From: an uncultured Actinomycetota bacterium
Lineage (GTDB): Bacteria > Actinomycetota > UBA4738 > HRBIN12
Assembly: GCA_963737525.1 (NCBI GenBank)
Contig: CAVTTD010000039.1
Location: forward strand, 5,113 to 69,112
DNA length: 64,000 nucleotides
Reading direction: 5' to 3'
The first letter of the stretch is position 1. Each line of letters opens with the position of its first letter. Below, piece by piece: positions 1-9,985 of the stretch. The position numbers were made by a program, and so were the translations under genes. The notes under the pieces were generated by a model. It saw only the letters and a program-made list of their open reading frames with translations. It was not told the DNA's origin and searched no databases.

Positions 1-244
1 CGTCCTCACGGTCGCACTCTCGATCCTGGCGGAGACGACACTCTCGCTGCTCGGACTGGGGGATCCGAGGAACGTCTCGTGGGGCGGGATCATCAACGAC
101 GCGTTCACCGCGGGTGCTCTCTCGGCCGGCTATTGGTGGTGGATCATCCCACCGGGTGTCTGCATCTGCCTCGTCACGCTCGCGTTCACGATGTGTGGCT
201 ACGCGTTGGATGAGGTCCTGAACCCGAGGATCCGCGAACGGTGA
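1..244 (+). CDS. Oligopeptide/dipeptide ABC transporter permease (DppC/OppC family), 3' end only
   Basis: Frame from nt 2 reads VLTVALSILAETTLSLLGLGDPRNVSWGGII...GYALDEVLNPRIRER*, the typical DppC C-terminus. Its stop overlaps the GTG of the next gene. Confidence 0.9.
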   Translation, partial: VLTVALSILAETTLSLLGLGDPRNVSWGGIINDAFTAGALSAGYWWWIIPPGVCICLVTLAFTMCGYALDEVLNPRIRER

Positions 245-1228
245 GCGTCCTCTCCGTCCGCGATCTTCGGGTGACGTATCGGACCAAGGGCGGGGACGTG
301 CCCGCCGTCCGCGGGGTGGATCTCGAGATCGACAAGGGCCACGTGCTCGGGCTCGCCGGCGAATCCGGATGCGGCAAGTCGACGATCGCCGGCGCGATCC
401 TGCGTCTGCACGCACCCGGGACGAAGATCGAGGGAGAGATGTTCCTGGACGGGCAGGACGTATTGGCGCTCAAGCCGGGGCGACTCCGCGCGCTCCGCTG
501 GACGGGAGCGTCGATCATCTTCCAGGGCGCCCTCCACGCCCTCAACCCGGTCCGCCGTATCGGGGAGCAGATCGTCGAGGCGATCACCGTCCACAAGCTG
601 GCCGGCGAACGAGAGGCCCGGGTCCGCGCGGCGGAGCTCCTCGAGGAGGTGGGCCTGCCCGCTCGGCGCATCGACGACTACCCGCACGAGCTCTCCGGTG
701 GGCAGAAGCAACGCGTGATGATCGCGATGGCCCTCGCGTGCAACCCGTCGCTCGTGATCGCGGACGAACCCACCACGGCGCTCGATGTGATGGTCCAGGC
801 GCAGGTGCTCCAACTCCTCAAGAGTCTCCAACGAGAGCTCGGACTCGCGATGCTCTTCATCACCCACGACCTCTCGGTCTTGGTCGAAGTGGCGGACCGG
901 ATCGCGATCATGTACGCGGGTCAGATCGTCGAGGAGGGCCCGGCGGAGCATGTCTTCCACGAGCCCGCTCATCCCTACACGAAAGCGCTGGCAGGAGCGT
1001 TCCCCGAGATCGGCGACACGCGGTTCCGAGGCAAGCCGTCCGGGCTTGGAGGCGACCCGCCCGATCCCGCAGCACGTCCCATCCGGGTGCTCGTTCCACC
1101 CGAGGTGCGCCGAAGCGATCGGCGTCTGCCCGACCCTCGACGTGGATCTCTGGGAAGCAGGCGAGGGCCGCAGCGCCGCCTGCATCCACGTCTCGGGCGC
1201 CCCGTCCCTCTCTGAGGCTTCGACGTGA
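241..1228 (+). CDS. Oligopeptide ABC transporter ATP-binding protein (OppD/DppD-like), frameshift near 1075
   Basis: Walker A GESGCGKS, signature LSGGQKQR, Walker B IADEPTTALD. The C-terminal oligo_HPY domain (HPYT...PSGCSFHPRC...AAC) continues in ORF 950..1228. Confidence 0.92.
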
Positions 1229-2305
1229 ACGACACGTCGCTCGAGCCCCGGGGAAGGACCCTCGGAGACCCTCTGATCGAGGTTCGCGGTCTCGAGGTCA
1301 GCTTCTCCGGTCGTGCGTCTCTCCTCGGGGGGAAGAAGAAGGCCGTCGCGGCGACCGCGGTCGATGGCGTGGACCTGACGCTTCACGAAGGCGAGGTGCT
1401 CGCGCTCGCCGGCGAGTCGGGCTGCGGGAAGACGACGATGGCGCGCGCGATCATGGGGTTGATCCGGCCCAACGCGGGGACGATCTCTTTCCGTGGAGTC
1501 CCCCTCGGCCGGAAGCTTCGCGAATACCGCCGAGAGGTCCAGATGGTATTCCAAGACCCCACCGCGTCACTGAACCCGCGCCAGACGATCTACGAGAGCG
1601 TCGCGGAGGGGCTCCGGATCCACCGCATCCATGCTGGCCCCAACGGAGAGACCGAGGAGCAGATGGTCGCCCGAGCGCTGTCCCGCGCCGGCCTGCGTCC
1701 ACCCGAACGCTTCTACTTGCTCTACCCGCACGAGCTCTCGGGAGGACAGCGCCAGCGAGTCGTGATCGCCGGGGCGCTCGTGCTCGACCCGAAGGTGATC
1801 GTGGCGGATGAGCCGGTGTCCAACCTCGACGCGTCCGTCCGGGGCGAGATCCTGCAGCTGCTCCTCGGGCTGCGCGACTCGCTTCAACTCTCCATCTTGA
1901 TCGTCACGCACGATCCTGGGCCTGGCATGGACCGTGGCGGATCGCGTCGCGGTGATGTACCTCGGACGGATCGTGGAGATCGGCCCTGCAGAGGAAGTCC
2001 TGTTGCGGCCGCGACACCCGTACACGAAGGCCTTGCTCGACGTGGTCCCCGAGGCGGGTGGGATCGACCGCCCGATCCTGCAAGGGGAGCCGCCGGACCC
2101 GACGCGCGTGCCGACGGGATGCCGGTTCCATCCTCGGTGCCCCGTGGTCGCGTCGGGGGAGGCGGCGACCCTCGGCATCGAGGCGAGATGTCGTGGAGAA
2201 GATCTCGGACTCGAGGAGCTCTCCCCGGGCCACCTCGCCGCGTGCTACGAGGCTTCCCTGAGGCGAGGTTCGGTCACGCCTCCTCTGCGGGAGCCGTCGG
2301 CGTAG
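1225..2305 (+). CDS. Oligopeptide ABC transporter ATP-binding protein (OppF/DppF-like), frameshift near 1918
   Basis: GESGCGKT, LSGGQRQR, VADEPVSNLD, THD. Continues as ADRVAVMYLGRIVE...HPYTKALL...GCRFHPRC in ORF 1934..2305. Confidence 0.92.
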
Positions 2306-2987
2306 GAAACTCCTCGGCAGGTCGGTCCATCGCCGTCGGCGCCACCGTCTCCTCGTCCGCGGGTTGGTCGCCGTTGCCCTTCAAGACACCCAAGATCGCT
2401 TCCATCTCGGAATCGGGGAGCCGCTGGTCCGGATGCATGCCGGTGGCGCGCGCGGACGCGAGCAACGTCCTGAGGTTGGACTCGGCCATCTCGACGCGAT
2501 GTTCCAGCTCCCGAGCACGTTCGGCGAGCGTCCGCGCGCGCCGCTCGGCCTCGACCCGCATCTCCCGGTTCTCACGAGCTTCCTCTCGGGAGGTCTTCAG
2601 CTGCGCGCGGAGCTGCGAGACCTCTTGGCCCAGCTCGACCAACCGATCGACCGTCGCCCTGCCCAGGTCCGAGTACGCGAGGCCGCCACGCCGCGCGGCG
2701 TTCGTGTCGTCGGGGCGTTTCCGGGAGCGCCTGCTTCTACGCTCGATCGTCTCCCGCTCGCCCTCGGCCACCGGAGACGCGTCGAGGAGCCGGTAGGAGC
2801 CGCCCGCGGGCTCCAGTCGCCGCCTGGCGACGAGGGCGCGCACTGCGCGGGCGATCGACAGTGGGTCGGGGAAGCCCAATTCCCTGCCAAGCTCGGCAGG
2901 CGTGGCTTCCAACAATTCGCCCTTGTCGGTTCGATCGGCGACGGCGGCGAGGAAGGCATTGACGCGCTCGAGGCTCTGCTCGTTCAC
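2274..2987 (-). CDS. Hypothetical protein with an N-terminal winged-helix-like region and a long coiled coil
   Basis: GTG start at 2987. TPAELGRELGFPDPLSIARAVRALVARRRLEPAGGSYRL looks like a wHTH and is followed by about 80 aa of E/R/A-rich heptad sequence. Confidence 0.65.
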   Translation of the reverse strand: MNEQSLERVNAFLAAVADRTDKGELLEATPAELGRELGFPDPLSIARAVRALVARRRLEPAGGSYRLLDASPVAEGERETIERRSRRSRKRPDDTNAARRGGLAYSDLGRATVDRLVELGQEVSQLRAQLKTSREEARENREMRVEAERRARTLAERARELEHRVEMAESNLRTLLASARATGMHPDQRLPDSEMEAILGVLKGNGDQPADEETVAPTAMDRPAEEFPTPTAPAEEA

Positions 2988-3078
2988 AGTCGGATTCTGC
3001 CCATTGTCGCCGCGATGCGCCAGTTGTGTGGAAGCACACCGGGATGGAGCGGCAGAGAGGGCGAGTATCCTCCGCACC

Positions 3079-4221
3079 GTGGAGCACCTCCCTCTGGCCG
3101 GCCTCCGGATCCTCGACCTTTCGAGGGTGCTCGCGGGACCCCTCGCGACCCAGATCCTGGGCGATCTGGGCGCCGACGTGATCAAGATCGAGCGCCCCGG
3201 CGACGGTGATGACACCCGCCACTGGGGACCACCGTTCGTGGAGGACGACGCCGCCTACTACCTGGCGCTGAACCGGAACAAGCGCTCGGTCACGGTCGAC
3301 CTCAAGACGTCCGACGGCATCGACGCAGTCCGGCACCTCGCCGGCGGCTCCGACGTGTTGATCGAGAACTTCCGTCCGGGACTGATGGCCGAGCTCGGCC
3401 TCGCCCTGGAAGATCTCCGTCGAGGAACACCCGGATTGATCACCTGTTCGCTGACCGCGTTCAGCGAGGAGGTGCCCGACGCCGCACGTCGTCCGGGCTA
3501 CGACATCATGGTTCAGGCGCTCTCGGGCCTCATGAGCGTCACCGGCGAGCCGGGCGGGCGGCCGGTGAAAGCCGGGGTCGCCCTGCTCGACGTCATCACG
3601 GGCCTGCAGGCGGCGATCGGGATCCTCGCCGCGCTCCACGAGCGAGCGCGCACCGGTCGGGGACGGCACGTGAGCGTGTCGTTGTTCGACGCGAGCGTCG
3701 CCGCCATGGTGAATCAGGCCGCCAACCTCCTGATCGGCGGGATCGTGGCCGGCCCGATGGGAACTGCGCACCCCAACATCGCTCCGTACCAGGCGTTCGA
3801 GGCATCGGACCGGCCGTTCATCCTGGCGGCGGGCAACGACAGGCTCTTCGCGCGAACGTGCGAGGTGCTCGAACACCCGGAGTGGCCCCTCGACCCGCGC
3901 TTCGTCACGAACGAGGACCGGGTGCGCCATCGGGACGAGCTGATCCCGCTCCTCGCCGAGACCTTCGCGTCCAGGACCGCGACCGAGTGGATCGAGGCGC
4001 TCGAAAACGCGTCCGTGCCGTGCGCCCCGATCCGGGCGATCGACGAGGTCTTCGCTTCGCCCGAGGGAGCGGCACTCATCGAGTCGGTCGCCGACCCGCG
4101 ACGCGCGACGACGCTCCGTCTCGTTCGCAATCCCATCCGGTTCGACGGGAGTGTGCTCGATACGCGGCAAGCGCCGCCGACCCTCGGCGAGCACACCGAC
4201 GAGATCCTGCGTGAGACGTGA
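3079..4221 (+). CDS. Family III CoA-transferase (CaiB/BaiF)
   Basis: PLAGLRILDLSRVLAGP, LGDLGADVIKIERPGDGDDTR, LNRNKRS, ENFRPG, GYD, APTLGEHTDEIL. Confidence 0.95.
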   Translation: MEHLPLAGLRILDLSRVLAGPLATQILGDLGADVIKIERPGDGDDTRHWGPPFVEDDAAYYLALNRNKRSVTVDLKTSDGIDAVRHLAGGSDVLIENFRPGLMAELGLALEDLRRGTPGLITCSLTAFSEEVPDAARRPGYDIMVQALSGLMSVTGEPGGRPVKAGVALLDVITGLQAAIGILAALHERARTGRGRHVSVSLFDASVAAMVNQAANLLIGGIVAGPMGTAHPNIAPYQAFEASDRPFILAAGNDRLFARTCEVLEHPEWPLDPRFVTNEDRVRHRDELIPLLAETFASRTATEWIEALENASVPCAPIRAIDEVFASPEGAALIESVADPRRATTLRLVRNPIRFDGSVLDTRQAPPTLGEHTDEILRET

Positions 4222-5036
4222 CGGCGCTCGATCGATGGCGGGAGGAGCTCGAGCGGTGGGCGATCCCGGCTGAGATCATCGCGGCGGCCCCGGAGTCCCC
4301 GTACGGCTTCCCGACCGAGCTCTTCCGGACGAGAGGCGAGCGGGCACGCGTCGCGCCGGATCCCACCCCGACGACGGTCCGTGCGCTCGAGCGGCTCCCC
4401 GACGGCGGGCGCGTGCTCGACGTCGGGTGCGGTGGAGGTGCCACCTCCGTCCCCCTCGCCGGCCGCGCGGGCGTGCTGGTCGGGGTCGACGCGCAGGAGG
4501 ACATGCTCGAGGGCTTCCTGTCGAACGCCCGCGCGGCCGGCGTCGAGGCCGAGGCGGTCGCGGGCCGATGGCCCGACGTCGCCGACCGCGTCGGCCGTGC
4601 GGACGTCGCGGTCGCCGGTCACGTGCTCTACAACGTGGCGGATCTCGGGTCGTTCGCACGGAACCTCGCGGCCGTCGCCGGAGGTCGCGTCGTCTTCGAG
4701 CTCACCGAGCGGCATCCGCTCCACTGGATGAACGACCTCTGGCTCCGGTTCCACGCCGTCGAGCGCCCCGACGGGCCGACCGCGGACGATGCGCTCGAGG
4801 CGCTGACGGAGTCAGGGCTCGACCCGTCGATCGAGCACTGGACGGCGCCTCCGACCCCCGGCAGCTTCGACCGGAAGCAGGACGCCGTCGCACTCATCCG
4901 GCGGCGTCTCTGCCTTCCATCGGAACGCGACGAAGAACTCGCCGATGCGCTCGGGCCTCGGCTCGTGGAGCGGGAGGGACGCTGGAGCGCGGGACCGACC
5001 GATCAGAGGCTCGCGACGATCTGGCTCGGCCGCTAG
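4218..5036 (+). CDS. Class I SAM-dependent methyltransferase
   Basis: VLDVGCGGG motif I; GTGA overlap with the upstream gene. Confidence 0.85.
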   Translation: MTALDRWREELERWAIPAEIIAAAPESPYGFPTELFRTRGERARVAPDPTPTTVRALERLPDGGRVLDVGCGGGATSVPLAGRAGVLVGVDAQEDMLEGFLSNARAAGVEAEAVAGRWPDVADRVGRADVAVAGHVLYNVADLGSFARNLAAVAGGRVVFELTERHPLHWMNDLWLRFHAVERPDGPTADDALEALTESGLDPSIEHWTAPPTPGSFDRKQDAVALIRRRLCLPSERDEELADALGPRLVEREGRWSAGPTDQRLATIWLGR

Positions 5037-5632
5037 CGGCCGAGCCGGATCCGCGTGACGGACGCGTAGACCTCGCCGTCGGGATCCTCGATCCGTCTGG
5101 GCTTGCTGGTACTGGCGCCCGCTCGCTCGGGGATCGAGAACCGGAGCGTGCTCAGGGTCTTCAGGAATCCCCCGAGGTCCTGCGATCCCAGAGGCAACCG
5201 TCCCTCCTCCGAGAAGTGGAGGTCGAGCTCGTCCCCGTCCCGGCGCCCGGCGATCGAGATGTCGACGCGCCGGGTCTGGACCTGCGCGGACGGGAAGTCG
5301 CAGCTCGCGCCTGGCAGGAGCTTCGCGACGCCGTGCCCGTCGGCGCGGCCCGACTCGGTCAACTCGATCTCGCCTCCTCGGAGGCGCCAGTCGCTCGTGC
5401 ACGAGCCGCCCACGTGGTACGTGTGCCTCGTCCGGCTGATCATCGAGACGGACCAGCGGACGAGGTCTCCGTTCGTCGCGCTGGGACTCGAGCTCGGGCT
5501 CTCGCTCGGGGGAGCGGTCGAGTCGCGCACCCCCGGCGGGAACGGGTTCGAGCGTGAGGCGATGAACGCGCCGACGCCGGCGCAGGCCAGCAGGATCGCT
5601 GCCCAAAGGAGCACCTTCCTCCACCCACGCAT
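5033..5632 (-). CDS. Hypothetical membrane-anchored/secreted protein
   Basis: N-terminal TM or signal (KVLLWAAILLACAGVGAFIA), S/P-rich linker, then a beta-rich domain with two Cys. Confidence 0.6.
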   Translation of the reverse strand: MRGWRKVLLWAAILLACAGVGAFIASRSNPFPPGVRDSTAPPSESPSSSPSATNGDLVRWSVSMISRTRHTYHVGGSCTSDWRLRGGEIELTESGRADGHGVAKLLPGASCDFPSAQVQTRRVDISIAGRRDGDELDLHFSEEGRLPLGSQDLGGFLKTLSTLRFSIPERAGASTSKPRRIEDPDGEVYASVTRIRLGR

Positions 5633-5667
5633 GGGCGCCATCATCTCGCAGCGGCGGACGGGCGCCG

Positions 5668-6075
5668 CTAGAGACCCAGTCCGGTCATCAACGCCCGGAG
5701 CGTGAGACCGAAGCTGATGAACGAGGCCCACGCGAACGGGACCCACGGCCGGATCGGCCGATCGATCCCGACCGCGCGGGCACTGCCGTCCCTCGCGACG
5801 ACGTGCGCGAACACGAAGAGAAGGAGCGGCAGGTAGCCGTAGACGTAGTGGAGCGTGCCCCCCAAGACCCCTTCGGCTTCGACCCGTCGGCCGATGAGGA
5901 GCAGGATGGTGCCGAGCACCGCCTGAAGCCCGGCAACCACCTGGGCCACGGTGAGCCAGGTCCAGAAAGCGTCACCGGGTTCGCGCCGCGCGATCCTCGC
6001 GCCCAGTCCCCAGATCCACCCGAGCGCGAAGATGGCGACGACCGCGAAGCCGACCACGCGATGCAGAGCGGACAC
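5668..6075 (-). CDS. Hypothetical 4-TM membrane protein
   Basis: Four hydrophobic segments and an LHYVYGYLP motif. Confidence 0.7.
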   Translation of the reverse strand: MSALHRVVGFAVVAIFALGWIWGLGARIARREPGDAFWTWLTVAQVVAGLQAVLGTILLLIGRRVEAEGVLGGTLHYVYGYLPLLLFVFAHVVARDGSARAVGIDRPIRPWVPFAWASFISFGLTLRALMTGLGL

Positions 6076-6114
6076 GGCGCGGATACTACGGACGCCGGTA
6101 CACGGACGCTCGTC

Positions 6115-6840
6115 CTAGAGCCTCGAGATGACGAACGCCGTCGCGAGCACCGGCATCGCGATGGCCAGGAGCTTCAGCGCCGCCTCAGGCGCCGTTCTGA
6201 TGACATCGGCCCCGAGCGGCTCCGTCGTGCCGTCCCGCAGCGTGATCGTCCCCTCGACGGCCGCGACCCGTCGCCGGAGGCGGCGCACCGGCGTCGACAG
6301 CACGCGCTGGGCCGCGCTGATCGCGACGCAGCCGCCCGCGACCAGGACACCCGCGACCTCCAGCTTCCCGTCCTGCGCGAACGCTCCGGTCAGCGCGGGG
6401 AAACCGCCCCACGCGATCGCGAACCACAGGTCGGAGTGGAACGAGCCGCCGAACAGCTCGAGGTTGTAGGCGACGACGAGGAACGCGCCGGCCACGATGA
6501 ACGCCGCGAGCCACGCCGACACCTGGACGATCCCGACGATACCCACCGCCGCAGCGCCTGCGAGCGAGACGATCGCGACGCCCCGGAGAACCCGATCCGA
6601 GATCGAGGTCCCCAGAGGCCGACCCCGGAGCTCGTCGAGCGCGTGCGCCGCGAGACCCACGCCGAGGAAGAAACCGAGCAGGCTCATCCCCAGCCGATAG
6701 AGGTCCACCTCGGCCGCGGTCGCTGCCCCCATCGCGACGTACGAGAGGTGCCACACCGTGTACGGCGGATGCAAGAGCGTCCACCAGTCCCGCCAGCCAC
6801 CGGGATCGAGCGCGTAGAACGCAGGTCGGCCTTCGCTCAT
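6115..6840 (-). CDS. UbiA-superfamily-like polytopic membrane protein (degenerate Asp motif)
   Basis: ATG at 6840. Multiple TMs, LLHPPYT, AAHALDELRGRPLGT at the first Asp-rich motif position, YNLE, WGGFP. Coupled to the upstream methyltransferase. Confidence 0.65.
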   Translation of the reverse strand: MSEGRPAFYALDPGGWRDWWTLLHPPYTVWHLSYVAMGAATAAEVDLYRLGMSLLGFFLGVGLAAHALDELRGRPLGTSISDRVLRGVAIVSLAGAAAVGIVGIVQVSAWLAAFIVAGAFLVVAYNLELFGGSFHSDLWFAIAWGGFPALTGAFAQDGKLEVAGVLVAGGCVAISAAQRVLSTPVRRLRRRVAAVEGTITLRDGTTEPLGADVIRTAPEAALKLLAIAMPVLATAFVISRL

Positions 6841-7554
6841 CTGCCCTTCACGCCCCAGAGCACGACGGCGGAGCCGAACAGGAACGTTCGCGTGCGGACG
6901 TGCCGGATGCCGGCGCCCTGGAACCAGCGCACCCACTCCTCCAAGGGATGCGCGGCGACGAAGCGCGAGACGTTCGGCCCGAGGAAGGCGGAGGTGCGCG
7001 CCCATGCGGGAGAAACGACGGTCCCGAGGACCGGCATCAAGAATCTCGTGTGGACCCACCAGCCGGCGCGGGCGATCACCGGATCCGGGACGTGGAACTC
7101 CAGCATCCCGATCGAGCCGCCGGGGCGGATCACCCGGGCGAGCTCCCCGACGGTGGCAGCCGGATCTTCCACGTACCGCAACAGGTACGTGAACGTCACC
7201 GCGTCGAACGCGCCGTCTTCGAAGGGGAGGCGCTCGGCTTGTCCGAGGACGGAGTGGATGCGGTCGTCGAGGCCGGCCAGTCGGTTCGGCTCACGACCCG
7301 CTCGCAGCATCGGTTCGCTCTGGTCGAGCGCGACGACTCGCACGTTCTTCCGCGCCGCCAGCTCCCGGGAGACGAGTTGTGTGCCGGCCGCGACGTCGAG
7401 CGTCCACGATCCCGGCACCGCGTTCGTCTTCGACACGAGGAAGCGCCTCCACCGTTCGTCCTGACCGAACGACAGCAGCGCGCCCGGTGCGCTCGTACTG
7501 CGGGGCGATGCCGGCGAACAGTCGTTGCGCGAAGCGGTTCGGATCGGGCACCAT
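6837..7554 (-). CDS. UbiE/MenG-family methyltransferase, frameshift near 7490
   Basis: FAGIAPQYE...LLSFGQDERWRRFL, LDVAAGT, LDQSEPML, AERLPFEDGAFDAVTFTYLLRYVED, LARVIRPGG, LEF. Confidence 0.85.
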
Positions 7555-7569
7555 GGCCGGCCGGATCCC

Positions 7570-8347
7570 TTACGCGAGGCCCAGGAACACGGGGACGTCG
7601 GCGAAGGAGGGCAGGACGTGATCGGGTCGGCCGGCCTCGCGATCCTCGTCGCCCGCTCGAAACTTCCCCGTGCGCACGAGGATCCCGGTCAGCCCCGATG
7701 CCTGGGCACCCTGGATGTCGTTGACGATGTCGTCTCCCACCATCGCCGACCGATCCGCGGTCACACCGAGCATCGCGAGGGCCGCGTCGAAGTACGCCTT
7801 CTCCGGTTTCCCGCAGATCGTCGCCTTCGTCTCCGCGGCTTCCTCGAGCCCGGCGATGTACGCACCCCCGTCCAACTCCCAGCCCTGGCTGGTCTTCCAG
7901 AAGAGGTTCCGGTGCATGCCGACGAGCGCGGCACCATCCATCAGGCGGCGGAAGATCTTGTTCATCGTCGGGTAGGTGAACTCGTCGCACGCGCCTCCGA
8001 TCACGACCACATCGGCGTCGTCGACGGCCGTGAGCTCGACGCCGGCGAGGTCCTCCGTGGCGTCTCCGTCGGAGAGCACGAAGACCTTCTTCCCGGGATG
8101 TTCCTTCCGGAGGTAGGCGGCCGTCGCGACGACGGCCGTCACGATCTCCTCGTCGCTGACGTTCGAACCCCGCCTCCCTGAGCGTGCCGGCGAGATCGGC
8201 TCGGGTCTTGGTCGTCGTGTTCGTGATCATGCGGAACGGCACGCCGGCCTCCCGCAGACGTCGCAACGCATCGACCGCTCCGGGCAGCGGTTCCCAGGAG
8301 ACCGCGAGCACGCCGTCGATGTCGAGCAACAATCCGTCGATCGCCAC
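7570..8347 (-). CDS. HAD-IIA family hydrolase (HDHD2/LHPP-like), frameshift near 8165
   Basis: LLDIDGVL, ITNTT, CGKPEKAYF, MVGDDIVNDIQGAQASGLTGILVRTGKF. Confidence 0.92.
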
Positions 8348-8363
8348 GATCAGGAGTGTGCCA

Positions 8364-9221
8364 TCACAGGCGGATCCCCAGCGAGCGCCGCGCGCGCTCG
8401 ATCCCGACATGGTCGGCGCGTCCTCGCTCCCGAAGTCGCCACTGTTGGTAAGGAGCGATGAAGCGGTACTTCGGCGGGAGGAGCGGACGCAGCGTCCGGA
8501 GCCCCGCGAGCGTCGCGCGGACGAGCGTGCGGCTTCCCGGCCCGGACGGGAAGCCGTACCCCTCTCGCACGGCCTCGGGAAGCGTCCCGATCGCGAGCCG
8601 GGCGACCGCTCTCAGGACCGGTCGCCACTGCGCGTCACGAGGCGGATCGAAGAAGAGCTCCGCCACTCGGCGCGCCGCTTCCGTGACGACGAGTTCTCCC
8701 GATCCAACCGTCTCGGCGACGTAGTCCGCGAGGGAGGGCACCGTCGCCGGGATCCTCTCCCGAGGGAGGCGCACCATCTCGGCCGCGAGCATCTGTTCCT
8801 CGTGGAAGCGCTGGCGGTCGGCGTCTGCGAGCGCCCCCACCGTCATCCGCTCGAAGAGCAGCGCACTGTCGACGAGGCACGTGTGCACCCAGAGCAGCAA
8901 CTCCGGATCGAGCGCGTCGTAGCGCCGCCCGGTCACGGGATCCACCCCGTTGATGCGCTCGTGCACCCCGTTGATGCGTTCGGCCGCGGCATGCGCCTCG
9001 GTCTTCGTCCCGAACGTGAGGGCGTATTGCAGCACGAGCGTTCGTTGAAGCCGTTTCCACGGGTTGCGCTCGTACATGCCGGTCTGGTTCGCGCCCGCGA
9101 CCACCAACGGATGGGCGGCCTGCATGAGCATCGCTCTCGCGCCTCCGAACAGCACCGTGACCTCTCGGTGCACCCGCCAGGAAACGCTCTCCGGTCCGAA
9201 GTACCCTTCGTCGCTCCGCAC
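8364..9221 (-). CDS. Oxygenase MpaB family / DUF2236 protein
   Basis: GYFGPESVSWRVHRE...GGARAMLMQAAHPLVVAG, RLQRT, INGVHERING, YDALDPELLLWVH. Confidence 0.9.
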   Translation of the reverse strand: MRSDEGYFGPESVSWRVHREVTVLFGGARAMLMQAAHPLVVAGANQTGMYERNPWKRLQRTLVLQYALTFGTKTEAHAAAERINGVHERINGVDPVTGRRYDALDPELLLWVHTCLVDSALLFERMTVGALADADRQRFHEEQMLAAEMVRLPRERIPATVPSLADYVAETVGSGELVVTEAARRVAELFFDPPRDAQWRPVLRAVARLAIGTLPEAVREGYGFPSGPGSRTLVRATLAGLRTLRPLLPPKYRFIAPYQQWRLRERGRADHVGIERARRSLGIRL

Positions 9222-9314
9222 ACGACAAGGGTATCGCCGCATCGACGCTGGACTCCCTTCGGGGGCCGTGGAACGATGCTGTCGGTTCAGCCGCCCGAGT
9301 CGGAGACTTCCCCA

Positions 9315-9985
9315 CGTGATGTTGGTCCTCATCGTGATCGGCTTGGCCGTCGGCGTTGGCTTCATCGCCGGTGGCAGCCTGCGACCGTTCGAGCGACTCA
9401 ACGTGCACTGGTGGGGTGTCGCCCTCGCCGGACTCGTTCTCCAAGGCGTCTCGCTCACGGGAGATATCGGACGATCAGCGGCCTTGGCCGTCCTCGTGGG
9501 CTCCTACGGACTCCTGCTCGCGTTCGCATGGGTGAACCGTCGGCTCCCGGCCTCGTGGCTCGTGATGGCCGGACTGGTCCTGAACATCCTCGTCATCGGG
9601 GTGAACGGTGGGATGCCGGTGAGCGCCAGCGCCCTCGACACGGCAGGTGCCGGGGCCGAGGAACTTCTCGGCGCGGGGACCGCGAAGCACCACCTCATGG
9701 GCCCCGCCGATTCCCTGACCCTCCTCGGCGATGTGATCGGGATCCCGCCGCCGGTCGGCGCCGTGATCTCGATCGGCGACGTGCTCCTCTACGCGGGCGT
9801 CGCGGATACTCGTCGTGATGATCATGCTCGGACGGTCGGGCGAGAATCGCCGGCCGCCGGCTCGGATCTTCCAGGGGTATCGGGGGAAGCATCTTCCGCC
9901 GGACCGTCACTTCTCCCGTCTCGCGGCTCGAGTGGTGTCGGTCCCGGGCGATCCCTCCCACCACCCGCCGGATCGATCGGAGTAG
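9315..9985 (+). CDS. DUF5317 family membrane protein, frameshift near 9805
   Basis: GGSLRPFERL, LNILVIGVNGGMPV, KHHL, LLGDVIGIP, VISIGDVLLYAG match my recollection of DUF5317. The second frame continues ILVVMIMLGR...YRGKHLPP to a TAG at 9983-9985. Confidence 0.8.

Noticed and set aside
241-2305. Programmed frameshifting in the ABC ATPases, selB or rpsD
   Set aside because: No slippery heptamers recognised, and indels are scattered across unrelated genes, consistent with sequencing error.
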